Source of the DNA: Malacoraja senta
Lineage: Eukaryota
NCBI GenBank assembly: GCA_038087875.1
Contig: CM076000.1
Location: 1,984,112-2,048,000, forward strand
Direction of reading: 5' to 3'
DNA length: 63,889 nt
Of this stretch, positions 23,194 through 36,874 are shown one piece after another; the stretch's first letter is position 1, and each line of letters begins with the position of its first letter. The position numbers were made by a program, and so were the translations under genes. The notes under the pieces were generated by a model, which was not told the origin of the DNA, did no database searches, and saw only the letters and a list, made by a program, of their open reading frames with translations.

Positions 23194-25654
23194 TAGATTA
23201 AGAGTTATCTTATTTGTAACATTTCACTCAATACTAAATTAATGTAAGAGTTGCTCCTTTTACAATATTTTTTTTTCTTAAAGTACGTGGCAAATTAGTT
23301 CCCAATAATTGATTTATTTATTGCTTACACGGACTCTCATTGTGATTCAGTATTTCTTTAGGCCCAGTAGCGTCTGTTAATGCACAAGTAATGCTCTCTA
23401 CAATTAATTTATTCAATTGTTTAAACGTTTTTTAATGCTCCATGTTTCTTTTAGAAGAATAAACCAAATTAGGAATTAAAAAACTCCACCCAGAATTTGA
23501 GTTCGCCTTTAAATTATAGCGTACGGAGATCTAAAATAAGAGCGCAAGACTATATCCACGGATATTCCATTCTTCCGTGCGTACATGAATCTCTATCGGA
23601 AATGTTATATTTCCGATTTTCATTCAATATTTCTCCTGCCATTAAAGGACATCTGTGGGAAACAGAAGTATACATGACATTAATACTTTTGATTCAAATG
23701 AAACACATTAATCCACAATAAAATAGCCAGAGCAATATTAAATGAATGAGACCTCCCCGAGACTTTTATTTTCATGAGACTATATTTCTTAGATCTATTA
23801 CAAACTGAAACATATTTCAGTTAAAGAAAAAAGAACATTAAATTAGCACTGAAGAGAATAATATGGACATTGTCCAGACACAGTGAAGTTTAAAGAGAGA
23901 GTAGAAAAACACATTTTAAAAATAGTTTTTGAATAAAATCTTCAAGCCCAATTAGTGTTTGTTTAAGAACAACAAATACTACAAAACAAAATTAGACCAT
24001 GGTGATTAGAACTAAATAAAAAATCTTTATTGAAAAGTCAGTGCGAATAGAGAGGTTTTTAAGAACACAAGCAATGGCATACAATGGAATTGTTCAAGGT
24101 TGCTGATAGACCAGCTTTGGCTCTAGAGCGACTTCTAGCGAATCTACCGCAGCTCCTTATGACAATCTCCAATTCGCATTGCTGTGCTATCAAGCCAACC
24201 CGATTCCCAGACCCGATTAAGACCATGAATGACGATAAATAGGCATTTGTAAACTGCAGGTTTTAATCCTAACACCCCTCGCCTCAGTCCTAGACAATAT
24301 CTGTCCATGAAACAGCAAAATAGTCTAAAACAAAACCCCACACGGTTGCTGATTAACACTCACTCCATCCCGGGTCCTAGTGCCCGTAGCGATCATCTAG
24401 CATGACACACCAAAGTTTTATCAAGCTTCTCTTTGATTCGTATATCAATCTGCCTACAATTTGCATATTATAATTTGTTGGAGAGTAAGGACTGGCTGTG
24501 TTCCCGAGTCAATACCTCATATTATCCAACAACCATTCCCATAATTTAAAAAGACCTACCTACTAAAGTTGTTGTTGATCCCAAATTCCCAAGTGGGGTA
24601 AAGGTCTGTATTACTTTAAATGCTCGGGCTGGCATCTTAAGTGAAGCCATATACAACCACACAGCTACATTTATCTAAAGTGTGGCTAGTCTCTGAACAC
24701 CTCGAACATTTTGCTTTCCATCTTGTCTTCTTCTACGCTTCACACACTATCAAGTATGAGTAACCTTCCGTCCAGGCCAGATGTATTTACACGGTTAACG
24801 CGCCGATTTGTGGTAAGTAATATCATTTTAAATTGCATAATACTGAACACATTCTGATCCACCTTTCCTCCCGGATAATGTAGCCAAGGATGATGGTGAC
24901 AGTTCCATGAAAATGCTCAAATTCTGATGTGTGGGGTTGCGCGGGGGTGCGAGCCAAAGCAAGTGCAATCAATGTGATGTGACTTCAATCTTGTCGCAAT
25001 TTGACTGGAAACTCGGGAGATGCGTCAAGTTTAATAATAAATCAATACCAAGTATGACGCTTTTGTTGGGCATTTTTTAGAATGTCATTAAAATATGACA
25101 TTTTTCACTGGTGGTTTTCGTGGTTAATTATCATTAATACATATTTTACTGTAGGGGCTGAAATATTCAGTGAAATTCTGCACTGCAATAATTATCGGCA
25201 GATCTACAATTAGAAATATCCTTTTTTAAAGAAAAAATGCATTCTGATCCTATATTTACGCAGGTTAACAAATTACTGAGGCTAACCTTATAACCTCGAC
25301 CTGAGTGTTCTTTTTTGATTCTAATTGTTTACATTTCCGAGGGCCAATGCAAAAAGGAGGTCTGGATAAAAGGAAAAATAACTTGCAAGCATTATTATTG
25401 TGCCGAATAAAATAAATAAATCCCATTCCATTATTTAAAAATAAAATCGTGGTGCAAAACTGAGATCCTTTGAAAAGTTTAAATTATAAGAAGAAAATGT
25501 GCGCTCATTATAGTTAAAAATGGGCTCGGTGTGTTTTTTTCTCCCAAGTAGTTTCACTTCTCAATGTTAAACCGTGGGCACTAGGACCAAGAAGGAGCCT
25601 ATATGTCGTTGGTAAGACTACCTTAAACCCAACCCATGCCTGCTTTTCTGCGCC

Positions 25655-26409
25655 ACTCTGCGTGCTTTATGGAGAGTATAGTTCAGACGCAGATAGTACA
25701 CACATTTCACAGTGGGGTCTGCGTAAGGAACACCTGTTTCAAAGGCAGCCAGCGACCCACCATTGGATTTGCAGATCATTCTGCTGATGAAGGCGAGCGC
25801 CTGAAGCTTCAGACACTCTCCTGATCTCCCTCGAGTCTTTGGATAATAAAAAAAGGTGACGTTTGGGAAAAAAATAAGATCAAAGTTTTTGGATTGCCCC
25901 AGCGAGCAACGTGCGATCTATATTTTCTGAAGGATTCATGCTGATGTATGCAGTCTTTTATAGAGTAAAAACAGCGCATGCCTCTCTGGAGTCAGATCCA
26001 TATATTCTGACGTAGCCTTGTTCGTCTAAAAAAAATCCAATAACGCCGGGTTTTAAGTTGCTATGATCATCGTTATCTTCTTCCAATGGAGAAACTACGA
26101 ATTATTATTCTCAATGCAGCTGGATCGCCTGAAGATCAAACAGCCTGCTAGACCTGGGATTATTTAAAAACAATATGTTAATGTGTGAGTATAAAGTGGT
26201 GGTTTCATAGACTACAGTCAATGACCTTGAACCCGCCCCAGACCAAAACAGCATATTACTTTTATGTATGTTTTAACGGATTGAAGTCAAAACAATTCCT
26301 TCTAAAACAAAACCACACGAGAGCAATTTTGGGCTGACACCTATATTATTATTCTTGTGTTTTTTTCTTGTGTTGTTATTATCAGAAGCAGAATCGCCGG
26401 CGGCGACAG
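25655..26409 (+). promoter_or_regulatory. Probable FGF9 5' leader and proximal regulatory region with uORFs
   Basis: Blocks such as TGAAGGATTCATGCTGATGT, AGAGTAAAAACAGCGCATGCC, TTCTGACGTAGCC, AATGGAGAAACTACG and GTGTGAGTATAAAGTGGTGGTTTC match my recall of the mammalian FGF9 5'UTR. uORFs at 25938-26015, 25978-26010 and 26063-26167. The start position is inferred. Confidence 0.7.
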
Positions 26410-26680
26410 ATGGCTCCGTTAGGTGAAGTTGGGAACTATCTTGGTGCCCAGGATGCAATACCTTTTGGGAATGTGCCCGTTTTGCCGGTGGATAACCCGG
26501 TTCTCCTAAGTCATCATCTCGGCCAGTCCGAGGGGGTTTTGAGCAGGGGCTCAGTCACGGACCTGTCTCACTTAAAGGGGATCCTCAGGCGAAGACAGCT
26601 CTACTGCAGAACTGGTTTTCACTTAGAGATTTTTCCTAACGGGACTATCCAGGGAACAAGACAAGATCACAGCCGATTCG
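26410..26680 (+). CDS. FGF9: Fibroblast growth factor 9, coding exon 1 (90 codons + 1 nt)
   Basis: [41 protein letters not shown]...[38 protein letters not shown]. The N-terminus is FGF9-type rather than FGF16 or FGF20. Donor G|GTAAGT at 26681. Confidence 0.97.
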
Positions 26681-28089
26681 GTAAGTAGCAGAGACACAAA
26701 TGCACTTAAGTAGGTCATAAATGAAGCATCTTATGATTTTTTTAACTCCTCTACACGATGAAGCCAGATGGCACAGTTTATTACTGCACTATTCTTCCAT
26801 GCGAGCGGACAGCAGTCGGAACGTATTTTGATTCCTATAATATGATCTAAGAATATCGGACATGACTAAATGATAGGATCATCACGTTAATTTAGGCCTA
26901 CAGCCCCTCATATAATGGCAATTAATTTTAAACGTATCAATACCCCCCCCCCCCCCTTGTCTCTCTCTATGTCTGTTTACGCGGTGGTCTTACGTAAATT
27001 TCGCCTGGCTAACAAAGAACTTTGCAACACGACAGGGTTGCGAAAAAATGGTTAAGTTGCAGGGCATAAGTCCCGTACTTGCATGTGTATAGAAAAATAG
27101 ATTCTGACTAATGGTGCAATGATACAGCCACGCTGTAGGCATTAACTTAGATGCACGGCTATTGGATAGCGACCAAGATGCGTTTGCGGTGGAATATGTG
27201 TCTACCTGTCCCCACGACCTTATGCGTGTGATCTGATGTAAATGTCATTGACTAGGTCAGACTGGAAACTAACTTATATATATCGTTGCATTGAACTGCC
27301 TTATCTATGCAATTGCAAATGTGCACACAGGCTGGGGAATAATAATAATAATATTAATAATCATCGGTGGTTTTGTGCAGTCAAAGTTGGACACCGATTC
27401 TAAACGCAGTGGAATGGTGCAACCATATGAGTCACGGGTGGGGGTGATTGTTGGGGAGATCAGAGCAACGATTTATCTAATCCAACGCCATACATTATGG
27501 ATCAGTGTTTCCTCCATAGATTGTATTCAATGTCGAAATGCGCAAGAGTAAAAAGTGGCCACGTGTGTGCTCGCGGTGACCTCGCGAGGATTTCATTTTG
27601 TTGTGGGTTAAAAGGTGTGTATTTTAAAGATCAAATGCATCAATTCCGGGATGAATTTATAGTTTGTTTTCCGCCGAGGGTTGTGGCTAAACCTCCAGCC
27701 CTGCGATCGCGCCTCCAGCAGGTGTCTGTACGGCGGCCGCACTGCTACAGTTGCAGAGCCAGAGAGATCCCCCGGGTCCTAACGCTTGCCTCCCAGTTAG
27801 GATTCGATGCATACAGTCAGTGTTGCAGAAGCGGGGTGGGTAGGGGGGGGGGGAGAGATATCCTTCCATGCAGTAAGGTCTAACCTACTGGGTGAAAAAC
27901 ATTACCAATCCCTGACAGTGTATGTGTGTGGGAGGGGTGGGGAGGGGGGGGGGGGCAGATGTACTGCAATAATGATCATCTACACTTAAATTCCTTGCAA
28001 AAAATATTAAAATAATATACAAAAGGACACAAATTGGTCAACTCAGCAGGTCAGGCAGCATCACGGAAGAACATTGGTAGCTGACGTTT

Positions 28090-28262
28090 ATTCTTATTTT
28101 CTATGATCTTATTTATAATGATTAATAAGATCATTATTAATAATGATCAATCATTAGATAATAATCAATTATCTTAATTGTTAATCGTTTTCATTATTAA
28201 TACGATTATTATATAATAATAATAATCGTATATAATAATCGTATTATAACATTAATATCATT
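28090..28262. repeat. AT-rich low-complexity tract
   Basis: (ATT/AAT)-rich sequence with very little G or C. Confidence 0.8.
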
Positions 28263-28682
28263 TTGCACCAAATGCAATCGGGATGATTAAAACGCAAGCA
28301 AGCGACTTTGAACTCAGGGATCTGTTTTCAGCCGTTCTGTTCTGGGGCTGGGCGTGAGTGGGAGGCGAGGGGTGAGGTTGAATCAGGGGTTAAATCTGAA
28401 TCCGAAGGTGTGAAGTTTGCGTCCTGGGGCAGGAACCCAATCCTCTCCTCGCCCCTCCCCCCGCCCCCTCCCCCGATCCCATCCCAGATTCCCGAGGTTG
28501 GGTACACTTCAAGAACCTCAATTGCTGCACCGATTAGACCCTTTCCTGGGCAAATGTGCCCCCGCACTATCTTGACTCCGATTGGGGTTTTTTGGCGAGG
28601 TGGGGGGTTTACATTACCCACCACTCCGCAGTCGGCATGTAGCTTCTTTTGTTCTTCATTGTGTGTGTGTGTGTCTGCCCAG

Positions 28683-28763
28683 GGCACCGTCTATGTACCA
28701 CGGCCTGGCACAGTCTATGTACCACGACCTGGCACCGTCAATGTACCACGGCCTGGCACCGTC
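28683..28763. repeat. 24-bp tandem repeat, ~3.4 copies
   Basis: Unit GGCACCGTCTATGTACCACGGCCT. Confidence 0.92.
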
Positions 28764-29240
28764 GGGGCTAAGGCAGCCAGTGTAGCCTCGTCCTTTCGCC
28801 CGCCTCTGCACTGCGCGCCGACACCTGCTCCATTCCATAAGGCTGTACCTTGGCACGTGACAATAAAGTATCATTGAATAAGGCCAAAGAAGTGTCCCGA
28901 CCCCAAACGTTACCCATCCATGTCTTCCGGAGATGCTGCTTGACCCGCCGAGTTACTCCAGCACATTGTGTCTTTTTTTGTAACCTAGCACTTGTATTTC
29001 CTTGTTCCTACATCATAAGACCTTGTGTTGGATGTAAATTCACTCCATTTTAACTCTGCTTATGTATTTTTTTAAATTAAACACTCCCACTGGGTAATTT
29101 GTAAATTAAGCATTAGGCATTTACAATTCTATTTCGCCTCTGCTCCGAAAGGTCAGCGTTTATAGCAGCCGATGAACAGACCACTGCAGTGATCTTTGAA
29201 TGACAAACCTGTAGTTGTATCGATTGCAGTTCAATCGGCC

Positions 29241-29408
<168 letters not shown>

Positions 29409-29702
29409 GGTTGTTGTCAACAAAACATAAGCATCGATGTGAATAGTCAAGTGCTGGAGGACGCGGGGGAAGGGAACGATCGCCTTGACATCTCTGCAGG
29501 AGGCTGCAGGTGAGAATAGGAATACGTCGCCCTACTTTCTATTTGCAATTTCATGATGTGCCCATAAATGCAGCCAAGCGCTTCACAATTAAAACGTATG
29601 GGTTGGCCTTCCCCAGAAAAACAAAATCGACCCAGGCCTCCTCCATTTCAAAGATTTCCAAGTGGAAATTCTAGCCGAAGAGCTCAGTTTAACATCTTGA
29701 CA

Positions 29703-29991
29703 GTTCAGTTTAGTTTAGTTCAGAGATATAGGATGGAAACAGGCCCACCGAGCCCACGCCGACCATCACACAAGTTCTATGTCATTCCCACTTTCACACT
29801 GACTCCTGCAATTTACAGAGGCCAGTTAGCCTACAAATGCCTACGACTTTGGGATGTAGGAGGAAATCCATGCGGTCACAGGGAGAACGTGAAAACTCCA
29901 CGCAGACAGACAGCACCCGAGGTCAGGATCGAACCTTTGTCTCTGGCGCAGCGAGGCAGCAGCTCTACCAGCCTCGCCACTGTATGCCGCC
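29703..29991 (-). mobile_element. HE1-like SINE
   Basis: tRNA-like head with GGTTCGATCC on the minus strand, the conserved core, and a (CTAAA)n tail. Confidence 0.8.
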
Positions 29992-31939
29992 CAGTTAATT
30001 GTCTGTTTATGAGTTGCAGTATACTGGTGACCACCCACTTTCACCAACTTCCCTCCTCGAACGAATGAGTTAACTGTCAGCGCCGCTCATGTTTGATGCT
30101 CGTTGCAATTTGGTCCCCAGTTTAATCTTTAACCAGGAATACAATCGTGTTGCACAAAATAATTATTTCTCAGTTTACCCACCGACTCCAGAATGAACTG
30201 TTCATTTTAAGCATGCAGTTTTGCGGTTTGCTGAATAGATTGCCCAAAAGACACACGCAGAAGGGGAGGATGGGGTGGCTGCTGCGATTTGGCAAAGTGC
30301 AGCATTTTCTCCGCAAGGTCTCTCCAGCTCGATATGTATCAGCGACCACAGCGTTTCTTTTGCTGCCTCGTATGATCACAGCGAGCTGTGACTGCAGGCT
30401 ACTCAGAGGTCTAAGGCTGATTTTTTAATGTAACGCTTGTTCTTCCATTGAAGGCACTTTCCAAATTGAACTCCATTGGGAAATTCAATAATTGGAAAAT
30501 GTGGGCGTGTCTTTTGTTTCAGTAAAAACTACACCGTACAAAAGCCGCTCAGCGGATGGACGTGTTCTGAATAAACGCCTCCTCTTTAATTACAATTAAG
30601 ACCCAATTTCACTGAAACTGAACGATTATGATTTTCCATTCTTAGCTTCCAAGCTAATATATTGATGTGCAGAAAACCAACCGTGGATGATTGAAATTGC
30701 ATAAAATATTGCATCCCCTCTTCCATTAGCATTTATTTACGGGGATTTAGTAACAAGATTACGAGATGAAGATTGTCGGCGCTAGGACCCCGAGGGATAC
30801 ATTGGTTTTATGATAGGGGCGTTCCAGATTTAATACCTTGGTACTAATATATGCATTGCATATTGTTTTGTTCCATACCCGTTAACCATTCGACCGTATC
30901 CTTTCAATTAACCAGATTTATCCTCTTTTGGATACACTTAATTACATTTTGAGTATATAATTTAGCCCTAGCAATGGTATAACAATGGGAACAAAAAGAC
31001 TGGACGCGCCCCAAGTCATTCATCATTTATGCGTTAAGTGAAGGTAAACGACGCAGGCGTTTTGTCAGCCCACTCCATTAAAAAAAAAAGTCACGTATTC
31101 TGTGCTTACTGTTAATGCACTGGGTGTGGCATTAATATTTCCACACAGAAGTCTCTGTTATCTACTCTAAATACACAATGTCGGGACAGAAATCCGTGGC
31201 ATGCTGAAACAATGTGCGAGGAGAACTTGGTTGTATTGCAACTTCTGAAGGAACCGAACACCGAATAGCTCAAGGTGTCAGCTGAAAAAATATCACCCAG
31301 AACTGCTCAAAGCCTGGCGCTCCAGTTGGCATGTCAATCATCTCTCCAACACCATAAATACTTTAAGGAAAAGCGACAATGTCTCTTTCACTGTTTGGAC
31401 AAAAACCTAATTTCCTAGATGAAATTGAAGTGAAGGCCTATTTGTGCTTTCGCGTTTTAAATATTTGTATTCACTTTCCAAGTTATCTGCTGGAATGCAA
31501 ACGGGTGCAAGCCACTAAAAACGTATTCTGTGTAGGAAGGAACTGCAGATGCTGGTTTACACCAAAGACGGACACAAAATGCTGGAGTAACTCGGCGGGT
31601 CAGGCAGCATCCCTGGAGAAAACGAATAGGTGACATTTCAGGTCGTGACCCCTCTCAAACTTCTTCTGTTGTCTCAAATGACCCATTGCAAATCTTACTT
31701 CTAAAGATTATCTTATCCCTAAGGTGGTTGCTTTATTTTTTTTGCAATAGTAACTGGGAGGTGGGTTAACACTTTAGCTGTATAGTTTTGAGTGGCACAA
31801 GGTGACAGATAGTAAACTTTCTACACTTTCCCCAGTGCTAAAGCATTGCATTTGCCGCCCAGAGCAAGTCTATTCCCAGCCACAGTTGATGCCATTTACC
31901 CAGAGCTATTTTTTCTCTCACTAATACTCTACAAGACAT

Positions 31940-32490
31940 CAATAGGATACGCAGTCAGAACCTTTTTTCCCAGGATGGAAACATGAAATACTAGAGGGCA
32001 TAGCTTTAAGGTGAGAGGGACAAAGGTTAAAGGAAGGGTCACAAAGTACTGGAGTAACTCAGCAGGTCAGGCAGCATCTCTGGAGAACATGGACAGGTGA
32101 CATTTTAGGTAGGACCATTATTCAGACCTGAATTGACCCGAAACATCACCTATCCATGTTCTCCAGAGATGCTGTCTAATCCGCTGAGGTACTCCAGCAC
32201 TTTGTGTCCTTTTGTATAAACCAGCATCTGCAGTTCCTTGTTTCTAATGTTTAAAGGAGATGTCCGGGGCAAGGCTTTTTACACAGTGGTTGGTGAGTGA
32301 CTGTAACGTGTGGAGGGAGCGGTGGTGGAGGCAGACATGACAATTACATTTTAGAGGCACTCTGGAGGTGTACATGGATATGCAGGGAATGGAGAGCTAT
32401 GGATTACGTGCAGGCACATAAGAGTAGGTCTTGGCATTATGTTCTGCGCTGACATTATGGGCCGAAGGGCCTGTTGCTGCACTGCACTAT
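31940..32490 (+). mobile_element. CR1 3' fragment interrupted by a palindromic PLE mini-element (~32035-32245)
   Basis: Inverted PLE terminal repeats with a diverged 13-bp TSD, AAAGGTTAAAGGA at 32022-32034 and AATGTTTAAAGGA at 32246-32258. Confidence 0.75.
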
Positions 32491-32734
32491 TTTGTGTTGG
32501 CCTGTACAATGCCTTTCTTTGCATTACTTCTTAGATTAGGAATTCTGAGTTGTACCACTACATTTTATATTCAACAGAATTGTTTTCATTTGCACAAAGT
32601 GCATCATCTATTTCGTAATTTATATTTGTGAGGATAATTTTCCTCCCAAGTACCTAGCTAAAAAAATGATGAATGATTTCAGTGGATACACTGAAATATT
32701 AAGTATTTCCTTCAGATGGGAATGAGACTAAAGC

Positions 32735-33360
32735 ATAGAATATAGAGCAGTAGAGTACAGGAACTGGCCCTTTAGTCCAGGATGTCTATGCCAACCATGA
32801 TGCCAATTTAAACAAAATCCATCTGACAGCACATGGTCTGACTTTCCATGTCTCTATGTTTTTGTGCCTGTCTATATGCCTCTTAAATGTTGTTGCAGTA
32901 ACTGCTTCCACTACCTTCCCCACAGCAGGTTCTAGGCATCTGACACACTGTGTAAAATAACTTCTCTCACTAATCTTCTATACACTTGTCCCATCGCACC
33001 CTAAATTTATGCTCTCTAGTATTTTTCCATGAAAAAAAGATTCTAATTGTCCATCCTATCTATGCCTCTCAAAATCTTATATACTTTGATCAGGTCTCCC
33101 TTCATCCAAGTTTTTCCAAGCTCTCTTATTAGCTAATACACTCCAATCCGGGCAATATCCTGGTGAATCTCTTCTGCACCCTCTCCAAAGCCTCACATCC
33201 TTCCTTTAATGGGGTGAACGGAACAATGTACAATACTCTAAATGCGGCTTAACCAAAATGATCTTCCGATTTTTATACTCGGTGCTCTGACCAAGTATGC
33301 TGTATGCCTTCTTCACCACCCTATCTACTTGTGTTGCCACTTTCATGGAACTATTGACTT
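32735..33360 (-). mobile_element. Old CR1 3' fragment
   Basis: Decayed ORF2 C-terminal sequence and CR1-type tail. Confidence 0.7.
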
Positions 33361-33429
33361 ACAAGACTAAGATTTTTTTGGGAAGACACTTAATTGAAGA
33401 TAGAAAATCCCAGTAAAGTCTAGCTCGCT

Positions 33430-34540
33430 AGTTCAGTTTAGTTTATTGTCACGTGTACTGAGGTACAGTAAAAAGCTTTTGTTGAGTGCTATCCAGTCAG
33501 CAGAAAGACAATACATAATTACAATTGAGCCATTTACAGTGTATAGATAAGGGAACAATGTTCAGTGCAAAGTTAAGCCAGAAAAGCCCAATCAAAGATA
33601 ATCCGAGGGTCACCAATGAGGTAGATAGTAGTACAGCACTACTGATAGACACACAAAGCTGGAGTAACTCAGAGGGACAGGCAGCATCTCTGGAGAGAAG
33701 GAATGGGTGATGTTTTGGGTCAAGACCCTTCTTCGGACTGGTTAGGGATAAGGGAAACGAGAGATATCGATGGTGATGTGGAGAGATGAAGAACAATGAA
33801 TGAAAGATGCAAAAAAGTAACGATGATAATGGAAACAGGCCATTGTAAGCTGTTTGTAGGGTGAAAATGAGAAGCTAGTGCGACTTGGGTGGGGGAGGGA
33901 TAGAGAGAGAGGGAATGCCTGGGCTACCAGAAGTGAGAGAAATCAATATTCATACCACTGGGCTGTAAGCTGCCCAAGCGAAATGCTGTTCCTTCAATTT
34001 GCATGTAGCCTCACTCTGACAATGGAGGAGACCGAGGACAGAAAGGTCTGTGTAGGAATGGGAAGGAGAATTAAAGTGTCCAGCAACCGGGAGATCAGGT
34101 TGGTTCAGCCGTTTATCATCGTTACTTTTTTGCATATCTTTCATTCAATTTTCTTTAACTCTCCACATCACCATCTATACCTCTCGTTCCCCTTATCCCT
34201 AACCAGTCTGAAGAAGTGTCTTGAGCCAAAACATCACCTATTCCTTCTCTCCAGAGATGCTGCCTGTCCCGCTGAGTAACTCCAGCTTTTTGTGTCTATC
34301 TTTGGTTTAAACCAGCATCTGCAGTTCCTTCTTACACAGTTCAGCACTGCTCTTGGGTTGTGGTTGGATGATTCAGATGCCTGATAACAGCTGGGAAGAA
34401 ACTGTCTCTGAATCTGGAGGTGTGCGTTTTCACACTTCTATATCTTTTGCCTGATGGGAGAGGGGAGAAGAGGGAGTGACTAGGATGGGACTCATCCTTG
34501 ACGATGCTGCTGGCCTTGTCGAGGCAGTGTAAGGTAGTGT
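33430..34540 (-). mobile_element. Rex1/Babar 3' fragment interrupted by an inverted-repeat PLE derivative (33644-34337)
   Basis: HSLFSPLPSGKRYRSVKTHTSRFRDSFFPAVIR peptide. PLE arms in opposite orientation, with a diverged 14-bp TSD AGTACAGCACTACT (33630-33643) and AGTTCAGCACTGCT (34338-34351). Confidence 0.8.
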
Positions 34541-35454
34541 GCACAAATTACAATTTTCTATTGTGCTTTTAGAAAGGTCCACAATTAAAAACATATTTTA
34601 TAGGCTTGTGAGAAAAGTACTAGTGTTTCATGGTCTTAACTTGCTATGGCAAAAGCCAACAAACATTAGGACATCCCAAAGGGTCGTATGGCTATTGAAA
34701 TTCTGGAGCGTAGAAATTGTCGGGCTGGAAACAAGAAAATAATCACCCTGGTCATTAGGTTAACTTCAGGTATCTCATGGGTTACAAATATAGATCAGCT
34801 CTGATAATAATTTTCATGACTGACTGAGTATGGTCTGAAGAAAAAAAGTGAGCAAAGTTAAGATGATTAAAGCAAAATACTGTGACTGTTGGGACACGGA
34901 AATTAAAAAGAAAAGGAAATATTCAGAGGATCAGGTAGCATTTGAAGAAGGGTCCCGACCTGAAACGTTGCCAATCCATTCCCTCCAGAGATACTGCCTG
35001 ACCCACTGAGTTACACCAGCATTTTGTGTTTTGATCTATAAACAGTTGTAGGTGCAGAAAGGATCCAAAGAATAACAAAGTGCCTTCACCCACAGAGGCT
35101 CCCTGATCTGCAGAGTATTTCCATCAATTTCTAAAATTTTATTGCAGGTATACAAATGTATATATTTTTCCTGCTGTAGCTCTGCATTTTATATCTCCAT
35201 GCACCGTCCCATACTGCTTCATGTTATTGCTCACCCTCTGGTACTGTGCCAATTGGCAATGGTGCAGTATGATTGGATGGGGAGCTCTGCTGCGATTGAA
35301 GGGTAGGACTTGCCAAAACATTTGAGCCTCTTCTATACTTATCAAATGTAGATTTTTGAATTTGGAAAGGGAACTGTCATTTTATTTATATTTTTTCCTT
35401 GCCTGTGGATGTTTAATTGGCATGAAGTAGTCCCATTGCTAAGGACAGTTAACT

Positions 35455-35740
35455 TGGCACAGTGGTGCAGCTGGTAGAGTTGTTGCCTCCCAGTGTCGGA
35501 GACCTGGGTTCGATCCCGACCTTGAGTGCTGTCTGTGTGGAGTTAGCATGTTCTCCCTCTTCATCTGCGTGCTCTGGTTTCCTCCCACATCCCAAAGACA
35601 TGCAGGATTTGTGGGTTAATCAGCCTTTACAAATTGCCCCTTGCATGTAGGAAGTGGGATAACTTAGAACTAGTGTGAACAGGTGATTAGGTGATCAATG
35701 GTCAGCCTGGACTCAGTGGGCCAAACGGCCTGGTCCCTTT
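35455..35740 (+). mobile_element. HE1-like SINE
   Basis: A-box TGGTGCAGCTGG, B-box GGTTCGATCCC and the conserved core. Confidence 0.85.
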
Positions 35741-35747
35741 AGACTGA

Positions 35748-35780
<33 letters not shown>

Positions 35781-36195
35781 GGGGAGGGGGGGGGATGGAG
35801 GGTGTGGATGAAGGCTAGAAGAGAGATTGTGAAGCCAGAGGAAATGAATGTAGGTAAGGGAGAGGAGGAGTGGAAAAATAATTGCAAGTCCAGTTGGGGG
35901 CACGGGGGAGAGGGAAGAGGGTGTGTGCGGCAGAAATGGGAGTGGAGGGGGTAGGTTTTCTAAAATGAGAGAATTTAATGTTCATACCTTTGGGTTGTAA
36001 GCTACCCATGTGAAATATGAGGTGCTGTTCCTCCAGCCTACGTGTGGCCTCACTCTGGCAATGGAGGCCAATGACAGTATGGGAATGAGAAGTGGAGTTA
36101 AAATGGTTGGCCACCAGGAAGTCTGGTAGGCCTTGGCGGACTCCACACAGGTTGGTGGTCAAATGTGGCAACCTCTGGGCTATTTGGCTAAGTGC
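35741..36195 (-). mobile_element. Penelope-like 3' fragment
   Basis: LVANHFNSTSHSH...RRLEEQHLIFHMGSLQPKGMNIKFS peptide. Confidence 0.8.
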
Positions 36196-36874
36196 TTTTA
36201 GCATTTTGTACGATCCTTGGTAGATTCTGCTCCAAGTTTTAGTTTACAGCACAAAACAAAATCATCATCCCTGTGCTGCCTTTCAACTTGCTACTTATAC
36301 GTTGTCATCCAATTGACCTTTGAGTGACCTTAGAACCTGAAATTCTGCAAAGATTTATGTGTCACCTTTCACAGAATTCAGAACAGCTGTTTTCCCACGC
36401 AAGCATCATGTGACAGCTTCAATGAAGATATGACATATAGCCTCCGCATTTCATATTTTGTTATTTGACATTTCATAGTTTAGCGTGTTTAAAGGATGCC
36501 TATCTGATTTCTGTTTAAGTCAATGCTATTTTACAAATAAGTAGTTTCTGCCTTCATCATAATTGAATTTGTGAGCTGCAGAAATGGCTTACATGAACTG
36601 AATTTAGTACAATCATCATTTTTGTGTTGTTGAATTGCCAACACATAAATTGTGATGTTTGCACATTGCAAGATTGAGTGTCAAAGCCATTTACCATTAT
36701 TAACGATCATTAATCTTCCAAATGTACACAAATGAGAGCAAGTGGCTCTGGTAATAATATTTGGGCGGACATAAAGTACTACGCTGACTTAATAAAAAAG
36801 ATATTGCTCATTAAATTCCAAATAGAATTTTATCATTGGCTTTTCATTTTTTTAATAAATAAATCTAATTTAGT

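Noticed and set aside
26368..26409. N-terminal extension of FGF9 shown in the ORF track
   Set aside because: It starts at TTG; the homologous start is the ATG at 26410.
26410..26680. Assignment as FGF20 or FGF16
   Set aside because: The N-terminus ([10 protein letters not shown]...[11 protein letters not shown]) and the [12 protein letters not shown] and [10 protein letters not shown] motifs match FGF9.
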